Origin: Setoptus koraiensis
Taxonomy: Eukaryota > Animalia > Arthropoda
NCBI GenBank assembly: GCA_048013815.1
Contig: CM106586.1
Coordinates: forward strand, 806,001 to 870,000
Length of the DNA: 64,000 nucleotides
Reading direction: 5' to 3'
In this document: piece by piece, positions 34,711 to 47,159 of the stretch
Layout: each line of letters begins with the position of its first letter
Numbering within the stretch: position 1 is the first letter of the stretch
The notes under the pieces: generated by a model
What the model was told of the DNA's origin: nothing
Seen by the model: the letters and a program-made list of their open reading frames with translations, nothing else
The model's database searches: none
Made by a program: the position numbers and the translations under genes

Positions 34711-35985
34711 TCGGGTAGGGTATTGTGCTCTGAGACTCCGCTCACATGACTGCAATCCAAACACAGCTGAAGGCGGGAAGAGTGAGCGAACCACCCAACA
34801 GAGAATGAGAAAGAATGGATTAAATGACTGAAACAGACGTGAATACAGAGTGCAGCGAGCACGAGGCACAGAATGGGTCCGCTGACCGCGACCGCACAGG
34901 CCCGGCCTCACCCCTAAATTTGGTTTAACCTCTGTATCTTATGGACCGGAAGTTAAAGCGGATTAGTTTTGATCTCATCATGCTCCGCTAGGTGGCAACA
35001 ATCTGATTCCGAAGTTTCGAAGCTCTATCTCAATATTTTAGCATATCCGGAACCGGAAGTTTCCGCACTTCCGGACTACTCAATTCATAGTACAGGGCCC
35101 CTGCGGGGCTCGTGTGTCAAGTTTCATGATGATCGGCGCTGGGACCTAATCGCAACAACACCCGGAAATTCTTCGTTCCCGAGTTACCCGAGGTACCGCA
35201 TTGTGGGTATTTTAGGGTATTTGGAGGCATATTGACGATACAATCGATCGTACCCACCCAAACGGACATCGGTTAGGGTACCAACATCTTTATACCGAAG
35301 GTAGATTGCACCTAGAAGCTCTAGAAGTCGAGTAAAAGCAGTCGAACTGAAGAGGCGTGACCGATGCGCGCGGCGCGGAGTGAAACTGCACCCGCAGTTA
35401 GTCAGACTCCACACCGAGTCCTAGCGCGTGCACTATTACTTTTTGCTACCAGTTGCGCGTGCTTATTCATGTGTGGACCAGATTCACGTACAGCACACGA
35501 TCAGGGATATTTCCCCCAACTTTTGGGATTTGACCACCGGAAATGAGTACCACAGTCGAGCAGGTTGGGCGCGGGCCGGAGGAGGGGTTCGGCCTCCAGT
35601 CGTCCACGCCTACGGCCTGCGGCCTCCGGCGGGACGACTGACGGCCACCTAACTAAAAAAGATTCTTCCCGAAGAATGGGAGTCGAGTGGGCGGGGCCCG
35701 TGATCGGGCCGGGTTTCTTTCATATATGGTGTGAACCCGCTTTAAAGACCGTAACTAGGTGGTAGTACAGCCGAATCGCGTCAGTTTGCAAACCGGAAGT
35801 GTGACTTGCACTTATTGTCAAATCGCCAACGAGTTGATGTAAGAGATTTATCTCAACGCTATCACATAGATAGCATCTGGATCTAGACAATCATACAAAA
35901 ATCTAAGGTCTGGGGCCCCTCAGAGGCCCAAAAAATGCATATCTCCGGAAGTAGAAATTTCCGCACTTCCGGACCACTATATTTG
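34711..35985. mobile_element. Partial family A copy (to 35164) inserted in a family B copy (35165-35985)
   Basis: 35165-35985 is near-identical to 28815-29630; family A terminus at 35164. Confidence 0.8.
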
Positions 35986-36846
35986 GGTTGTTCTAGCGAA
36001 TAGTGCCACACCCAGATTCTGATGACACTTCCGGTATAGGTTCATCTTGACCTCAATAGAACGAAAAAAGTGGTCCGGAAGTGCGGAAACTTCTGGTTCC
36101 GGTTTTACCTCAAGTTAGAGCTAGAGGTCTAAAACTCACCATAATAGCGTTCCAAAAGACGCTAAACACGTTGGCATAATTATTAGCTGGGTGTGACTTC
36201 CGGTTCTCGAAATATCGGCATATTTATTGGTTCAGAAGACCGAACCAATGACGAATTTCAGCTTCGCTGCACTCGGGGATGTACCTGCGATGGGTCTGAG
36301 AACTCGGCCTGCGGCCTCGTAATTTGGAGGCCGTCACATCTCCGTCGTCGCTCCCGCGACGACTGCGTGCGACGAGAACCCTTCGGGTAGGGTTGATGAG
36401 CGCTTCGGGTATCGGGCTACGCCCTCTACCCTCCGCTCACGTGACTGCAATCCATGGAAAATTCTTGGTTGAAGAAATGCGACGATAGAAACTGAATTCA
36501 TCACAATGATGCGTATCATCAAGAATCGGAGAGATACCGGGATGAATTGGCGCACGTATGTTCTCGTGCGCGCGGATGCTTCGTTCCGAGGTGAATACCC
36601 ACGCGGTTTTTCCTGAATATCTCTTGAACCGGAAGCCGCACACAGATGAAACGAACTCCGTTGTACTCAGCACGTCCGCATCCTGCTGCTCATCAAGTTT
36701 CATGGCTCTAGCTTGAAGTTTGTGTAAAACCGGAACCGGAAGTTTCCGCACTCCCGGACTAGCGAATCCGTTGTTTGGGGGCCTTTCGGGGCCCATGTGT
36801 GAAGTTTGGTTGAAATCTGAGTGTGGCACTATTCGCTAGAACACCC
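35986..36846 (-). mobile_element. MITE family A copy (861 bp), core ~36300-36455, no matching TSD
   Basis: Both TIRs present; similar to the reverse of 12587-13458. Confidence 0.87.
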
Positions 36847-37065
36847 ATACTTTTCACACCTGTCGAATTGTCAATTTTTCACTGTCAATCGTGCGTATAG
36901 CGCGCTTTTGATGTAATTTGAAGCACGTACGCAACTTTGTTCATAGATGCAGATGCGTGTAGTTAAACAAAGCATGCATAATTATGCAAATTATGATTTC
37001 ATTACGCATCACCTGCCAGGTGGAGTCTTCATAGTTGCTGTGATAGCCGTTAGGGTCGTTGCTGC

Positions 37066-37160
37066 TGTGGATATTTATGCTGTGGATATCTATGCTGTGG
37101 ATATCTATGCTGTGGATATATATGCTGTGAATATTTTTGCTGTGGATATATATGCTGCTA
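37066..37160. repeat. 15-bp minisatellite (TGCTGTGGATATCTA)x~6
   Basis: Direct reading. Confidence 0.9.
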
Positions 37161-37189
37161 TGTAATGATAAGTTGTGCTATGTGATGAT

Positions 37190-37554
37190 AAGTTGTGCTC
37201 GTTTACAAGACTGTCCAAGTGTCATCACTCCCACTCGAGCATGACTTGTCATCATCTTGACGAGGATTCTCAAGCTTATCAATAATTGACGCATTTGATT
37301 TATTTCATTCTGGATCGCGATGCCAATGTCCAATATTGCCACATGCTCGAAATGGCTCTTTCTGTTTGCGTTGTGCGACATTACCTGCAAGTTCTCTCTT
37401 CTGTTCCCAAGTGACCTGTTTCGTGGCAGTAGAAGCATAATCTTGTAGGTGAGTTTTTGCCGTCACAGCACATCTTTTCAAGGTGCCATCCTTTGCTTAT
37501 ATACATTCCATTCTTCCAATTGCATTTGTGATCGCGAGTAACGTTGCAATCTTT
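37190..37554 (-). pseudogene. Degenerate gag-like zinc-knuckle fragment
   Basis: CFYCHETGH and ACGNIGHWHRDPE CCHC-like motifs with stops and frameshifts. Confidence 0.5.
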
Positions 37555-38348
37555 GGTTATTCTATCTAACACGTACCACGCCCAACTTGGGTATTTTGGA
37601 TATTTTTGGGTAGAGTATGATGCCCTGGTACCAGAAAAGGTATTCCGGAAGTGCGGATATTCTTCGTTCCCGAGATACCCGAGGTACCGCATTGTGGGTA
37701 TTTCAGGGTATTTGTGGGCATATTTGGGGTACGGGCAGCCGTACTCTCCCGCATTCACATACGGTGTGGTACTGATGGTCGACCTAACAGCCCCAGAAGG
37801 AAAATAAAAGTAGTTCAACCTAAAGGGTGTGACCAATGGATGCGGCACGGAGCGCAAATGCGCCGACGGCAAAATGATTGACGGCCTGCCTCGTGACGGC
37901 CCTACCGGCCGTCTCGCATCCCGGGAAAGGATTATTTCCCGTAGGCTGGGGGTCGAGTGGGCGGGGCCCGCCATCGGACCGGGTTTTATTCAACCCCGCT
38001 TTGAAGTAGCAAGCTCTAACAGACGATTATGCCAAACAGGCTACCCGAATCGCGTTGAATCTCGGACCGGAAGTGCTAGATGTAGAAAATAGTGAATTTC
38101 TCAAGATCGGGATCTCAAATATAATTCAATCTAATGAAATCACGTAGATCGTGGTGGAAGCTGTGCGATCATACCAAAATATATGGTAGAAAGCATCTGT
38201 GAGACCGAAAGAATGGATTTTTCGAAATCTCCGGAAGTGAAAATTTCCGCACCTCCGGACTGTCATATTCGTCTTTGAGGGCCTCTTCGGGGCCAATGTG
38301 TGAACTTTCGTGGGAATCGGGTTTGGGTACGTGTTAGATAGAACACCC
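37555..38348 (+). mobile_element. MITE family B variant
   Basis: TIRs GGTTATTCTATCTAACACGTACC / GGTACGTGTTAGATAGAACACCC; core-2 hairpins at 37860-37990. Confidence 0.82.
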
Positions 38349-39069
38349 AAACGTTTTATTGAATTTGTCTGGATCTCATATCTGTTGTGATAAGATGAGC
38401 AATTCCACTTGTCCATCTTTACTGTATGTTAGTCTTTGTCTACATCTTCATCATACTGCCATCCATTATTTGACTAATTCTTCTCCTATGTTTTGAATTC
38501 CATTCCGATTATCTTTGCAAATCTTCGGTGCCACATGCATACATTTCGAAGTGTTTTGTCAAATTGTCCTTCCTATTAAAGCGCTAAAAATTGAGAATTG
38601 GTCATGCAAGAAGAGCCAGCATGAACAACATGACGAGTATAACTTATATTGGAAACACATCGAGTATATGCAACGCATGAGCGATGACGACTCATCGAAC
38701 AATTCATCGAATGAGCACACAGCCAAAGAGTCAATTTGTGGTTGGTGTGAGGATAAGGATGCGAGACTCATGGCTTATAAAGCCTATCTGACATCAGAAA
38801 GCCAGGAGAGCAACATCGAGCCAGAACGCCAGGAAAACAGCGGAGAGCCGGAACCGAAGAGGCGACGACAGTCGGCACGAAAATCAACCACAATTACGGA
38901 CATGCACATCTATGCGAATAAGGAGTGAGGACCCTTCCTCGAGTAAGAGTGTGAACGAACGACGAGATTCCTCACATCTGTGCGAGTAGCTTGTGAGCTC
39001 AAAATGTGGTGCATACTGCTCATGTCGCTCAGTATAAATAGTGCTGCAGCAGCAGCAGTCTAGATACTT

Positions 39070-39275
39070 GGGGTGTTGTAGCGAATAGTTCCACACTCAG
39101 ATATCCACTAAACTTCACACATGGGCCCCGAAGGGCCCCAAACATCGGATTCGCTAGTCCAGAAGTGCGGAAACTTACGGTTCCGGTTTTACACAAACTT
39201 CGAGCTAGAGCCATGAAACTTGATGAACAGCAGGATGCAAACGTGCTGAGCACAATGGAGTTCGTTTCACCCTAA
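39070..39275 (+). mobile_element. MITE family A arm fragment
   Basis: GGGTGTTGTAGCGAATAG terminus; matches the arm of 35986-36846. Confidence 0.75.
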
Positions 39276-39789
39276 ATAAATATGACTAACGTGCTAAGTA
39301 GAGAAGTAGCTTCATAAAGTTCGGCGCATCTCAACTATGAAGATCACCGAATTAAGTACGAAAAGTGCAAGTTTTGCCGAGACATCTGTGGACTTGAAAA
39401 GAAAATTGAAGAGTCCCAACAAGAAATCCAACCACTAAAAGAGGAGTTAAGACGAGCATTAGCTTTAGCTAATGAAGAGTACGCCAAGACAAACGAAACA
39501 CGAGACATGATCACAAGAGCTTGTCCTTAATACAAGAAACGATGGTAAGTCTTGACTAAAGTACCCATCGCTAAACTTCATCCGGAAGCAAATATATATA
39601 TTGACCAACAATTGAGTGTTCATTGGTGGGAACCAAACAAAGACCGTCCCAAAATGTGCAGTCAGTGTGGTGAGGAACGAGAGCCCAAGTGTGATTGGTA
39701 CCCGGATCAAGATTACTACATTAAGGATAACAAGAAAGTCGAAAGAGATGAAGAAAGTTGGGACCATCCGCCTGATAGGTGGCGGTCAG

Positions 39790-40033
39790 CCTTAAAGCCA
39801 ACCACTAGGCCCATGTTTTCAACGCTTATCGCTGATCCTAATAGAGCAAGAGCTTGCATATTATTTGGCTCTTCTAGATTCTCATCAGTTACGTTCTTAT
39901 ATAGACCCTTAGCTCTCAACACATCTTCCATCTGCCGCTTCCAAGTTACATAGTTTAAATCCTCTAATTTATCTAATTTGTAATCTAATCTTGTTCCAGA
40001 AGCATTTTCTGATGCATTTTTTTGCAAAGCCAT
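39790..40033 (-). pseudogene. gag: Ty1/copia gag N-terminal fragment
   Basis: KLEDLNYVTWKRQMEDVLRAKGL motif typical of copia gag; upstream GGTTAT PBS-like site at ~40136-40142. Confidence 0.7.
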
Positions 40034-40214
40034 TATTTTAATTTGTTCTCTATTGCTCTTGCCGATGAATTTTCTTCAGATTAGAACAAAACTATTTTCT
40101 TTTTCACTTAAATGACTTACTAGATCAAGATCACGTTATAACCAAATTCTGTCAACAAACTTCAATTATCCTATGAATTAACGAACAACTTAATTACTTT
40201 ACCACTCAATCCAG

Positions 40215-42508
40215 TTTTTGGCGCTTAATTTTAATCAAGCTGCTATTGATGTGGTTCGGATGGATACGTTTATTCACGTGACTGTGTAATCCTATGGAGG
40301 TTTGACTTAGTCAAATTTGTGAGAATCCTGCTAGACATAACACATGTATTACTATGTAGATTCGACTTGGTCTATTATCGCTTCACTCGAAAATATTTTG
40401 TATGCAATCCTATGGAGATTTGACTAGGTCACATTTGTGCGGAGTTCGGTGGTGACAAATCGAACTTCAAAATTGAAAATTCGAATTTCTTATAAGAATT
40501 TCATCTGCTCGTTCGATGTTCGATGGTCAGAGTTCGATGTTCGATAGTCACAATTCGACGGTTACAATTCGAACTTCGAAATTCGAAAATTGAAAATTTG
40601 AATTCCCAATGATATTTTCAGCTGCATTGTCGGAGTTCGATGGTCAGAGTTCGATGTTCGATGGTCATAGTTCGATCGTCATAATTCGAACTTCGAAATT
40701 CGAACTCCTAATGAGAGTTTCAGATGCTTGTTCTATGTTCGATGGTCAGAGTTCCGTGGTCAGAGCTCGATGGTCACAATTCGAAGTTCGAAATTCGAAA
40801 ATTGAAAATTCGAATTCCCAATGATAGTTTCAGCTGCATTGTCGGAGTTCGATGGTCAGAGTTCGATGTTCGATGGTCATAGTTCGATCGTCATAATTCG
40901 AACTTCGAACTTCGAATTTCGAAATTCGAAAATTGAAAATTTGAATTCCCAATGATAGTTTCATCTGCTCGTTCGATGTTCGATGGTCACAATTCGATGG
41001 TCACAATTCGAACTTCGAACTTCGAAATTCTAAATTGAAAATTCGGATTTCTGATAAGAGTTACAGCTGCTCGTTCGATGTTCGATGGTCAGGGTTCCGT
41101 GGTCAGAGTTCCGTGGTCAGAGTTCCGTGGTCAGAGCTCGATGGCCACAATTCGAAGTTCGAAATTCGAAAATTGAAAATTCGAATTCCTAATGATAGTT
41201 TCGTCGGTTGTTGTAGCGAATAGCGACCCGCCCCGATTTTGGTGAAACTTCCGGTACGGGTACTTCTTGACCCCAATAGACCGGAAAAGTTGGTCCGAAA
41301 GTGCGGAAACTTCCGGTTCCGGTTTTACATAAAGTTAAAGATAGAGCTCCGAAATTCACCAGAGAGACGTTTCAAGCTACGCTGAACACGATGAAATAAT
41401 ATTCAGCTCTCTGCAACTTCCGGTTGTCTAGAAATAGAGATATTACAAGGGTTTGAAGACCGGAAGTGACCGAATTATTGCTTCGCTGCGCTCGGGGATG
41501 AACATGCGATGGGTCTGAAAACTCGGCCTGCGGCCTCGTATTCTGGAGGCCGTCACATCTCCGTCGTCGCTCACGCGACGACTGCGTGCGACGGGAACCC
41601 TTCGGGTAGGGTTGATGAGCGCTTCGGGTATCGGGCTGCGCCCTCTACCCTCCGCTCAGGTGACTGCAATCCACACAGGAATGAAGGTGAAAGAACGAAC
41701 TGGAGACATGTTTTTGGCACAGAAAAAAGGCTGTGCCAGCTTGTGTGATAAATTGCATGAGCCTCTGAGCGCACGAATTCATTCAGGCGCGCGGATAGTT
41801 CGTCCCGTCGACGCCCTCTCAGCAGTTTTAACCAAATATCTCGTGAACCGGAAGTCGTACAGACTTGAAATAGACATGATCGTATTCCGCATGCACAGTT
41901 TCAGTTATCTAGTGAGTTTCAAATCTGTATCTCAATGTTTTTGTAAAACCGGAACCGGAAGTTTCCGCACTTTCGGACCACTCAAACTGTTGTCAGGGGG
42001 CCCCACGGGCCCGATGTGTAAAGTTTCATCGAAATCTGACTGGGTCGCTATTCGCTACAACACCCGTTTCGTCTGCTCGTTCGATGTTCGATGGTCACAA
42101 TTCGAAGTTCGAAATTCGAAAATTGAAAATTCGAATTCCTAATGATAGTTTCGTCTGCTCGTTCGATGTTCGATGGTCACAATTCGAACTTCGAAATTCA
42201 AAATTTATGCACTATAACAAAGTGTGCGCCATTGACTAATTGGTGTGTCTAACTTGATTACTCATTGCGGCGAAACTGACTATTAGAATCTTACTAAATT
42301 CCATACGCAAGCAATCGACATGTGTATCATGCTGCGATAGAAATTGGGAGAACTTGTATTCATTCTGTCATCTTTTCGGCTACTCTGATCGACAGGCATA
42401 GATGATTATCTCCGACATGTTGTCACATACTCGCATCCATATTCCAACGATACTCGTCTATCCAAAAAATTAAGCGCTCGAGGTACTGATAGAATCAGAA
42501 TCACTTGT
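40215..42508 (+). mobile_element. Full-length HINE with TTCGAA satellite and a nested MITE
   Basis: 5' TTTTTGGCGCTTAATTTTAATCAAG; 3' AAAAATTAAGCGCT plus hairpin plus ACTTGT. Confidence 0.87.
41206..42065 (-). mobile_element. Complete MITE family A copy (860 bp), core ~41520-41675
   Basis: TIRs GGTTGTTGTAGCGAATAGCGACCC / GGGTCGCTATTCGCTACAACACCC; TSD GTTTCGTC. Confidence 0.93.
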
Positions 42509-42953
42509 TGAATTCTGATCTAGTGCACGGTAAGCTAGATGCGTTGTAGCTAGGAGATTACAGCACAGCAGAAACTGCTCAACCATTCAAGGTATCTAAA
42601 CGTTAACAATGTTATCCCTATGGAGATTTGACAGAGTTCGATGGTCACATTTCGAACTTCGAAATGCAAAATTGAAAATTCGAATTTCTAATGACAGTCC
42701 CATCTGCTCGTTCGATGTTAAACGCAACGAGTGTCGCAACGAGTGTCCGCCCTTGGTAGCGCTAGTTGCGCTTGCGCATCAGTTAAGAAGATCAGTGTTG
42801 CTTAGCGCGTGCAACACTTTAACGCGCAAATATAGAGCGACTTTTATAGAGCGAGTGCCCTTTTAACACGTTCACCCGGCCCAATTTTACCCGGCCTACG
42901 CTCACCCGGCGCTTTGCCCCGTCCATTCGACCCCCAGCCTTCGGTTGACTCGT

Positions 42954-43806
42954 TTTTAGCGCTTAATTTTAATTGAGCGCTAATGATGTAGTGATGTTGG
43001 ATCCTAAATGGAGGAGGCAATCCACACACAAGCCTACAATTTAGAGTCACGCCCCCTCCTTAGCACACAGAAAGCTACAGCCTGAATGAGACTTGAGTCG
43101 CTCCGCCTCCCTAGCACACAGTAAGCTTCAGCTTGATTGAGACTTAAGTCGCTACGCTCTCTAGCACACAGTAGGCTACACACTAGTTTGAGACTTAAGT
43201 CGTTCCACTTCCTCAGCACACAGTAAGCTACAGTTTGTTGAGTCTCTCTGCTTCTTTAGCACACAGTAAGCTACAGCTTGATTAAGACTTAAGTCGCTCC
43301 ACCTCCTCAGCACACAGTAAGCTTCAGCTTGATTGAGACTTAAGTCGCTCCACCTCCTCAGCACACGGTAAGCTTCAGATATGATCGAAATCTAAGTCTG
43401 CCACCTCATCATCACATTCTAACTGTTCAGAATTTGTTTACATATTGTTGATTCACAGTCTCGTGTGTAGATAGCTGGCTCTACAGCCTGTTCACTTATT
43501 CATGAATTTCTTAATTTAGTGTAGATACCTGGCTCGTTAACTTGTTTACAAATTGTTGATTACAGTTCTCGTGTGTAGCTGGCTCTGTAGATTGTTTACA
43601 TACAGTTGAATTTCTCAATAAGTTGAAGTATCTGAACATTACACATGTTAACTCTATGGAGTTTTGAGTCTCTCAATTCACCGTGTTAAAGTATCTAAAT
43701 ATTACACAGGTTAACTCTAAGAGATTTGAAATTTGAAATTTGATATCTGCAAATTACCAACTCTCAAAATTAAGCGCTCTCGATACTGATAAGACCAGTA
43801 TCACTT
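42954..43806 (+). mobile_element. Full-length HINE (~850 bp) with ~58-60-bp tandem repeats
   Basis: 5' palindrome AGCGCTTAATTTTAATTGAGCGCT; 3' AAAATTAAGCGCT plus GATACTG..CAGTATC plus ACTTG. Confidence 0.87.
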
Positions 43807-43825
43807 GCAGTATCACGCAGGGCTA

Positions 43826-44515
43826 ATGGATATCCATGAGATGAGAGAGGATAACAATGAAGAGCCTATGGAATGTGATTCAAGAGTGGACCAAGGAGAC
43901 ATCGACGATGGAATCAGGGAGATTATTCTTACTCCTCCATCTCGTCAATCGACAATGACAACGGATTGTGAAGCTCTACTCCATCAAGGCTTGAAGGACA
44001 TTACAAATAATAGATTTTTAGATTTTCCAGTTGTCCGTTCGGAGGCTGAAGACTCTGTAGACATGGAGACGTCATATGGGGACGTATATACATATTTGGA
44101 GTATTATGCCCAGGACTTTGAACGTCAATTTGGAGAAAACATTTGCTGTGTTCCTGTTACAATGGTTGCAGAAGACCAGGCTCGTGAAATTTCTATTAGG
44201 GTCTCAGGAAAGCGCTTTGTAGTATTTATGATACGATGCACTTCGGATGTAGTAACAGTCTTCATTGACACTCAACAACGCGCATACATATCATTTGGCG
44301 TCAAGAATCCAACCAAAAGAAGTCCCTTGATGAAAAGAATAATTGAGGAGGGCATGTTAGTGTTCATACCAGCCATCGACGAATACACACACACACCGGC
44401 GAGTGTTATGTGTACTGCATACAAAGATTGGGATCTTATGCATGCCTTCTTATGTCTCAACACCATCACGGCGTATATGAAACACTATGCAAAGCTGCCT
44501 ATCGGAAGCTTGTAA
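43826..44515 (+). CDS. Hypothetical protein (~229 aa): acidic N-terminus, possible catalytically dead Ulp1/C48-like fold
   Basis: Long ORF; secondary-structure rhythm (GDVYTYLEYY..FVVFMIR..VTVFIDTQQRAYISF..AFLCLN) recalls C48 peptidases, but no His/Cys catalytic motifs are seen. Confidence 0.4.
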   Translation: MDIHEMREDNNEEPMECDSRVDQGDIDDGIREIILTPPSRQSTMTTDCEALLHQGLKDITNNRFLDFPVVRSEAEDSVDMETSYGDVYTYLEYYAQDFERQFGENICCVPVTMVAEDQAREISIRVSGKRFVVFMIRCTSDVVTVFIDTQQRAYISFGVKNPTKRSPLMKRIIEEGMLVFIPAIDEYTHTPASVMCTAYKDWDLMHAFLCLNTITAYMKHYAKLPIGSL

Positions 44516-44519
44516 TTAA

Positions 44520-44810
44520 GTAGCGATTGGGACAAAATGAAAATTCGATTTTCTAATAGGAGTTTCAGCTGCTTCGTCGATGTTCGATGGCCAGAGTTCG
44601 ATGGTGGTGGGCAATCAACATGTGTATCATGCTGCGATAGAAATTTGAAGAACTTGTACTTAATTGGTCGCTCTTCGGCTGCTCTGATCTGACAAGCATA
44701 GATGTTTATCTCCGACATGTTATCACATACTCAGGTCTTTATCCCAAAGATACTCGTTTATCCAAAAAATTAAGCGCTAGAGATACTGATTGAATCAGTA
44801 TCACTTGTAA
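44520..44810 (+). mobile_element. HINE 3' fragment
   Basis: AAAAATTAAGCGCT plus perfect hairpin GATACTGATT-G-AATCAGTATC plus ACTTGT. Confidence 0.8.
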
Positions 44811-44934
44811 ACTTTAGATTTTCACTATAATATTGATGTAATATTTGATGTTTTATTCCACTTTACAAAACACTTACAATTCATTCATATGTCAACTCAC
44901 TTCTGACACCATGTTGGAAATCAACTGAAAAGTT

Positions 44935-46800
44935 TTTTAGCGCTTAATTTCAATTAAGTTGCTGTTCGTGTGGTGATGATGGATACGTTTATTCACGTGA
45001 GTAGAACAAATCAGTGCAATTTTCGGGTGTTCTTTCGAATAGCGCCTCACTTTGATTTGGATGAAACTTCACACACAGAACCCGTAGGACCCCTTGACAA
45101 TGCTCTGAGTAGTCCGGAAGTGCGGAAACTTCCGGTTCCGGTTTTAGCTTCATCTTCGAGATACAGTCCAGAAACTCGGTATGTTACTAAATCAGACTAC
45201 GATAACCCCGATGACATCATTGAAAACAATCTCTACAACTTCCGGTTCTCGAGATATTCAGGTAAATTGCATGTATGGGCGAATCTAGGCCGGTCTGGGT
45301 CTAATCAGAGCCAAAATCTTACACCCAGAGCAGGGTGACACGCATTCATGAACAAAACCCGGCTCGATCACGGGCCCCGCCCACTTGACTCCCAGTCCTC
45401 GGGAAGAATCTTTTTTAGTTAGTTGGCCGTCAGTCGTCCCGCCGGAGGCCGCAGGCCGTAGGCGTGGACGACTGGAGGCCGAACCCATTCTCCGGTTCGG
45501 GCCCAAGCTGCATGTCAGACGGAAGGGCTCTTATATATTGAACATGGGTGAGCATGGGCACCCCGGGTATCCCGTGCTACCTGCGACGGTCATGCCGCAC
45601 TCATCCGGTTGTGATTATCACCCTTGCGTAGCCTAATACACACTCGGATACCCGAAATACCCGGGTACAACCTGGTATCGCTCCTCGGGTTCATTTTCAC
45701 ACATCTGGTATACAATTTCTGAGTTCAGAAAGCTTGACTGTACCTTGCTGTCGCAAAATTATCTTCAAAAAAAGCAGTGGGAACCACTAGCGGTCGTCGG
45801 ATATCTCAGAACGCCCACTGTGCGGTACCTCGATTATCTCGGGAACGGAGAATTTCCGCACTTCCGGAGTATCCATCGTGATATCGGAGTACAATGCCCT
45901 ACCCTAAAATACCCAAAATACGCCGATAAAAGTGTGGCGCTATTCGAAAGAACAACCCGATTTTCTATCTAGGGAAAATTAGCACAAGGAAGGCATCGGG
46001 AAGCATCTGGTGGGTTTCATCGTTCTAAATTTACCTAGTTTGTTAGTACAGTGGAAGCTAGGAGGCGGAGTCATTGGAAAACAATTATACAGTGGAAGCT
46101 GAGGTGCTTACTAGACAAAATTAGAAGCAAGAATGCTAGCTGTTTACAAATTGGAATTAGCACTAGGGAAGCTAGAAAGGCGAAAACTGGGTAGATTTAG
46201 TACAATAGAACGCTTAAATGTTGGTTTATTAAATTTAAGACAGGAACAGCTAGGAGGCGGAATCACTAGGAAACAATGAAACAGAGAAGACTGAGATGCA
46301 AACTAGGTGGATCTAGCAAAGTAGAAGGCTAGCTGTTGACAATTAGGATCTAGCGCACGGGAAGTTAGTAGTCATGAAACTAGGAAATCACAGTACAGTA
46401 GAAGCTACTCAAGTTGACAAGTGTCTCGCAGCACAATTTATCCTGTGATTGGTCGAACTAGGTGAAAGTGACGAACTTGGAGCTGGGATGCCCACTAGAA
46501 TGATTTAGCAGAGCAGAGGGCTACTGATTAATTAAGATCAAGTGCACGAGGATCGAGTAACAGCTAGCTTACATTATTGGGTCGTAATCAGCACTGTGAA
46601 AGGCACATAACTCAGTCATGCAGCACAGTCAAAGGCACGCAAAAATTTGAACAGCGTCATAGCTGAGAATTGAACAGTTCTCAGCTATGACAAACACAAT
46701 TAATATTGTCAAAGGCACTATAACTGTGCTGTACTGTGTGGAAACTGAAGATGCACATGCTCTCAGCTATGACATGCACAATTAGCACAGTCAAAGGCTA
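44935..46800 (+). mobile_element. HINE 5' part with degenerate AGCAC/GAAGCT repeats and a nested MITE
   Basis: TTTTTAGCGCTTAATTTCAATTAAG terminus; body resembles 19200-19700. Confidence 0.65.
45025..45957 (+). mobile_element. MITE family B variant (933 bp)
   Basis: TIRs GGGTGTTCTTTCGAATAGCGCC / GGCGCTATTCGAAAGAACAACC; TSD CAATTTTC/CGATTTTC (7/8). Confidence 0.88.
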
Positions 46801-47159
46801 TGAGAGAAACACATTTTGTATATAGTATTATATTAGTGTTTATTGTATGTTAACGTATTGGACAACATAGTCCAACTGGCTGCTTTACATGTATAGCGTA
46901 CAATACATATGTACAATCGCCTTCATAAATATTGCGAAAGGGGAAAAAATTTGCGCCCCTGACAGTGCGCAGAGGGGCAGCGCAATTTTTAAAATTGTTG
47001 CAGTTAGCGGTCGCGAGACCGCTAACGTGTTGATCTAATTGATTCAAACTGCGCTGCCTACTGCGCACAGTTGAGGGGGGAGGGGACCATCACGTTGCGA
47101 TATATTATCACACACAGAATGCATACTACAATAGTGTATAAAACAAGGGAACATATTAT

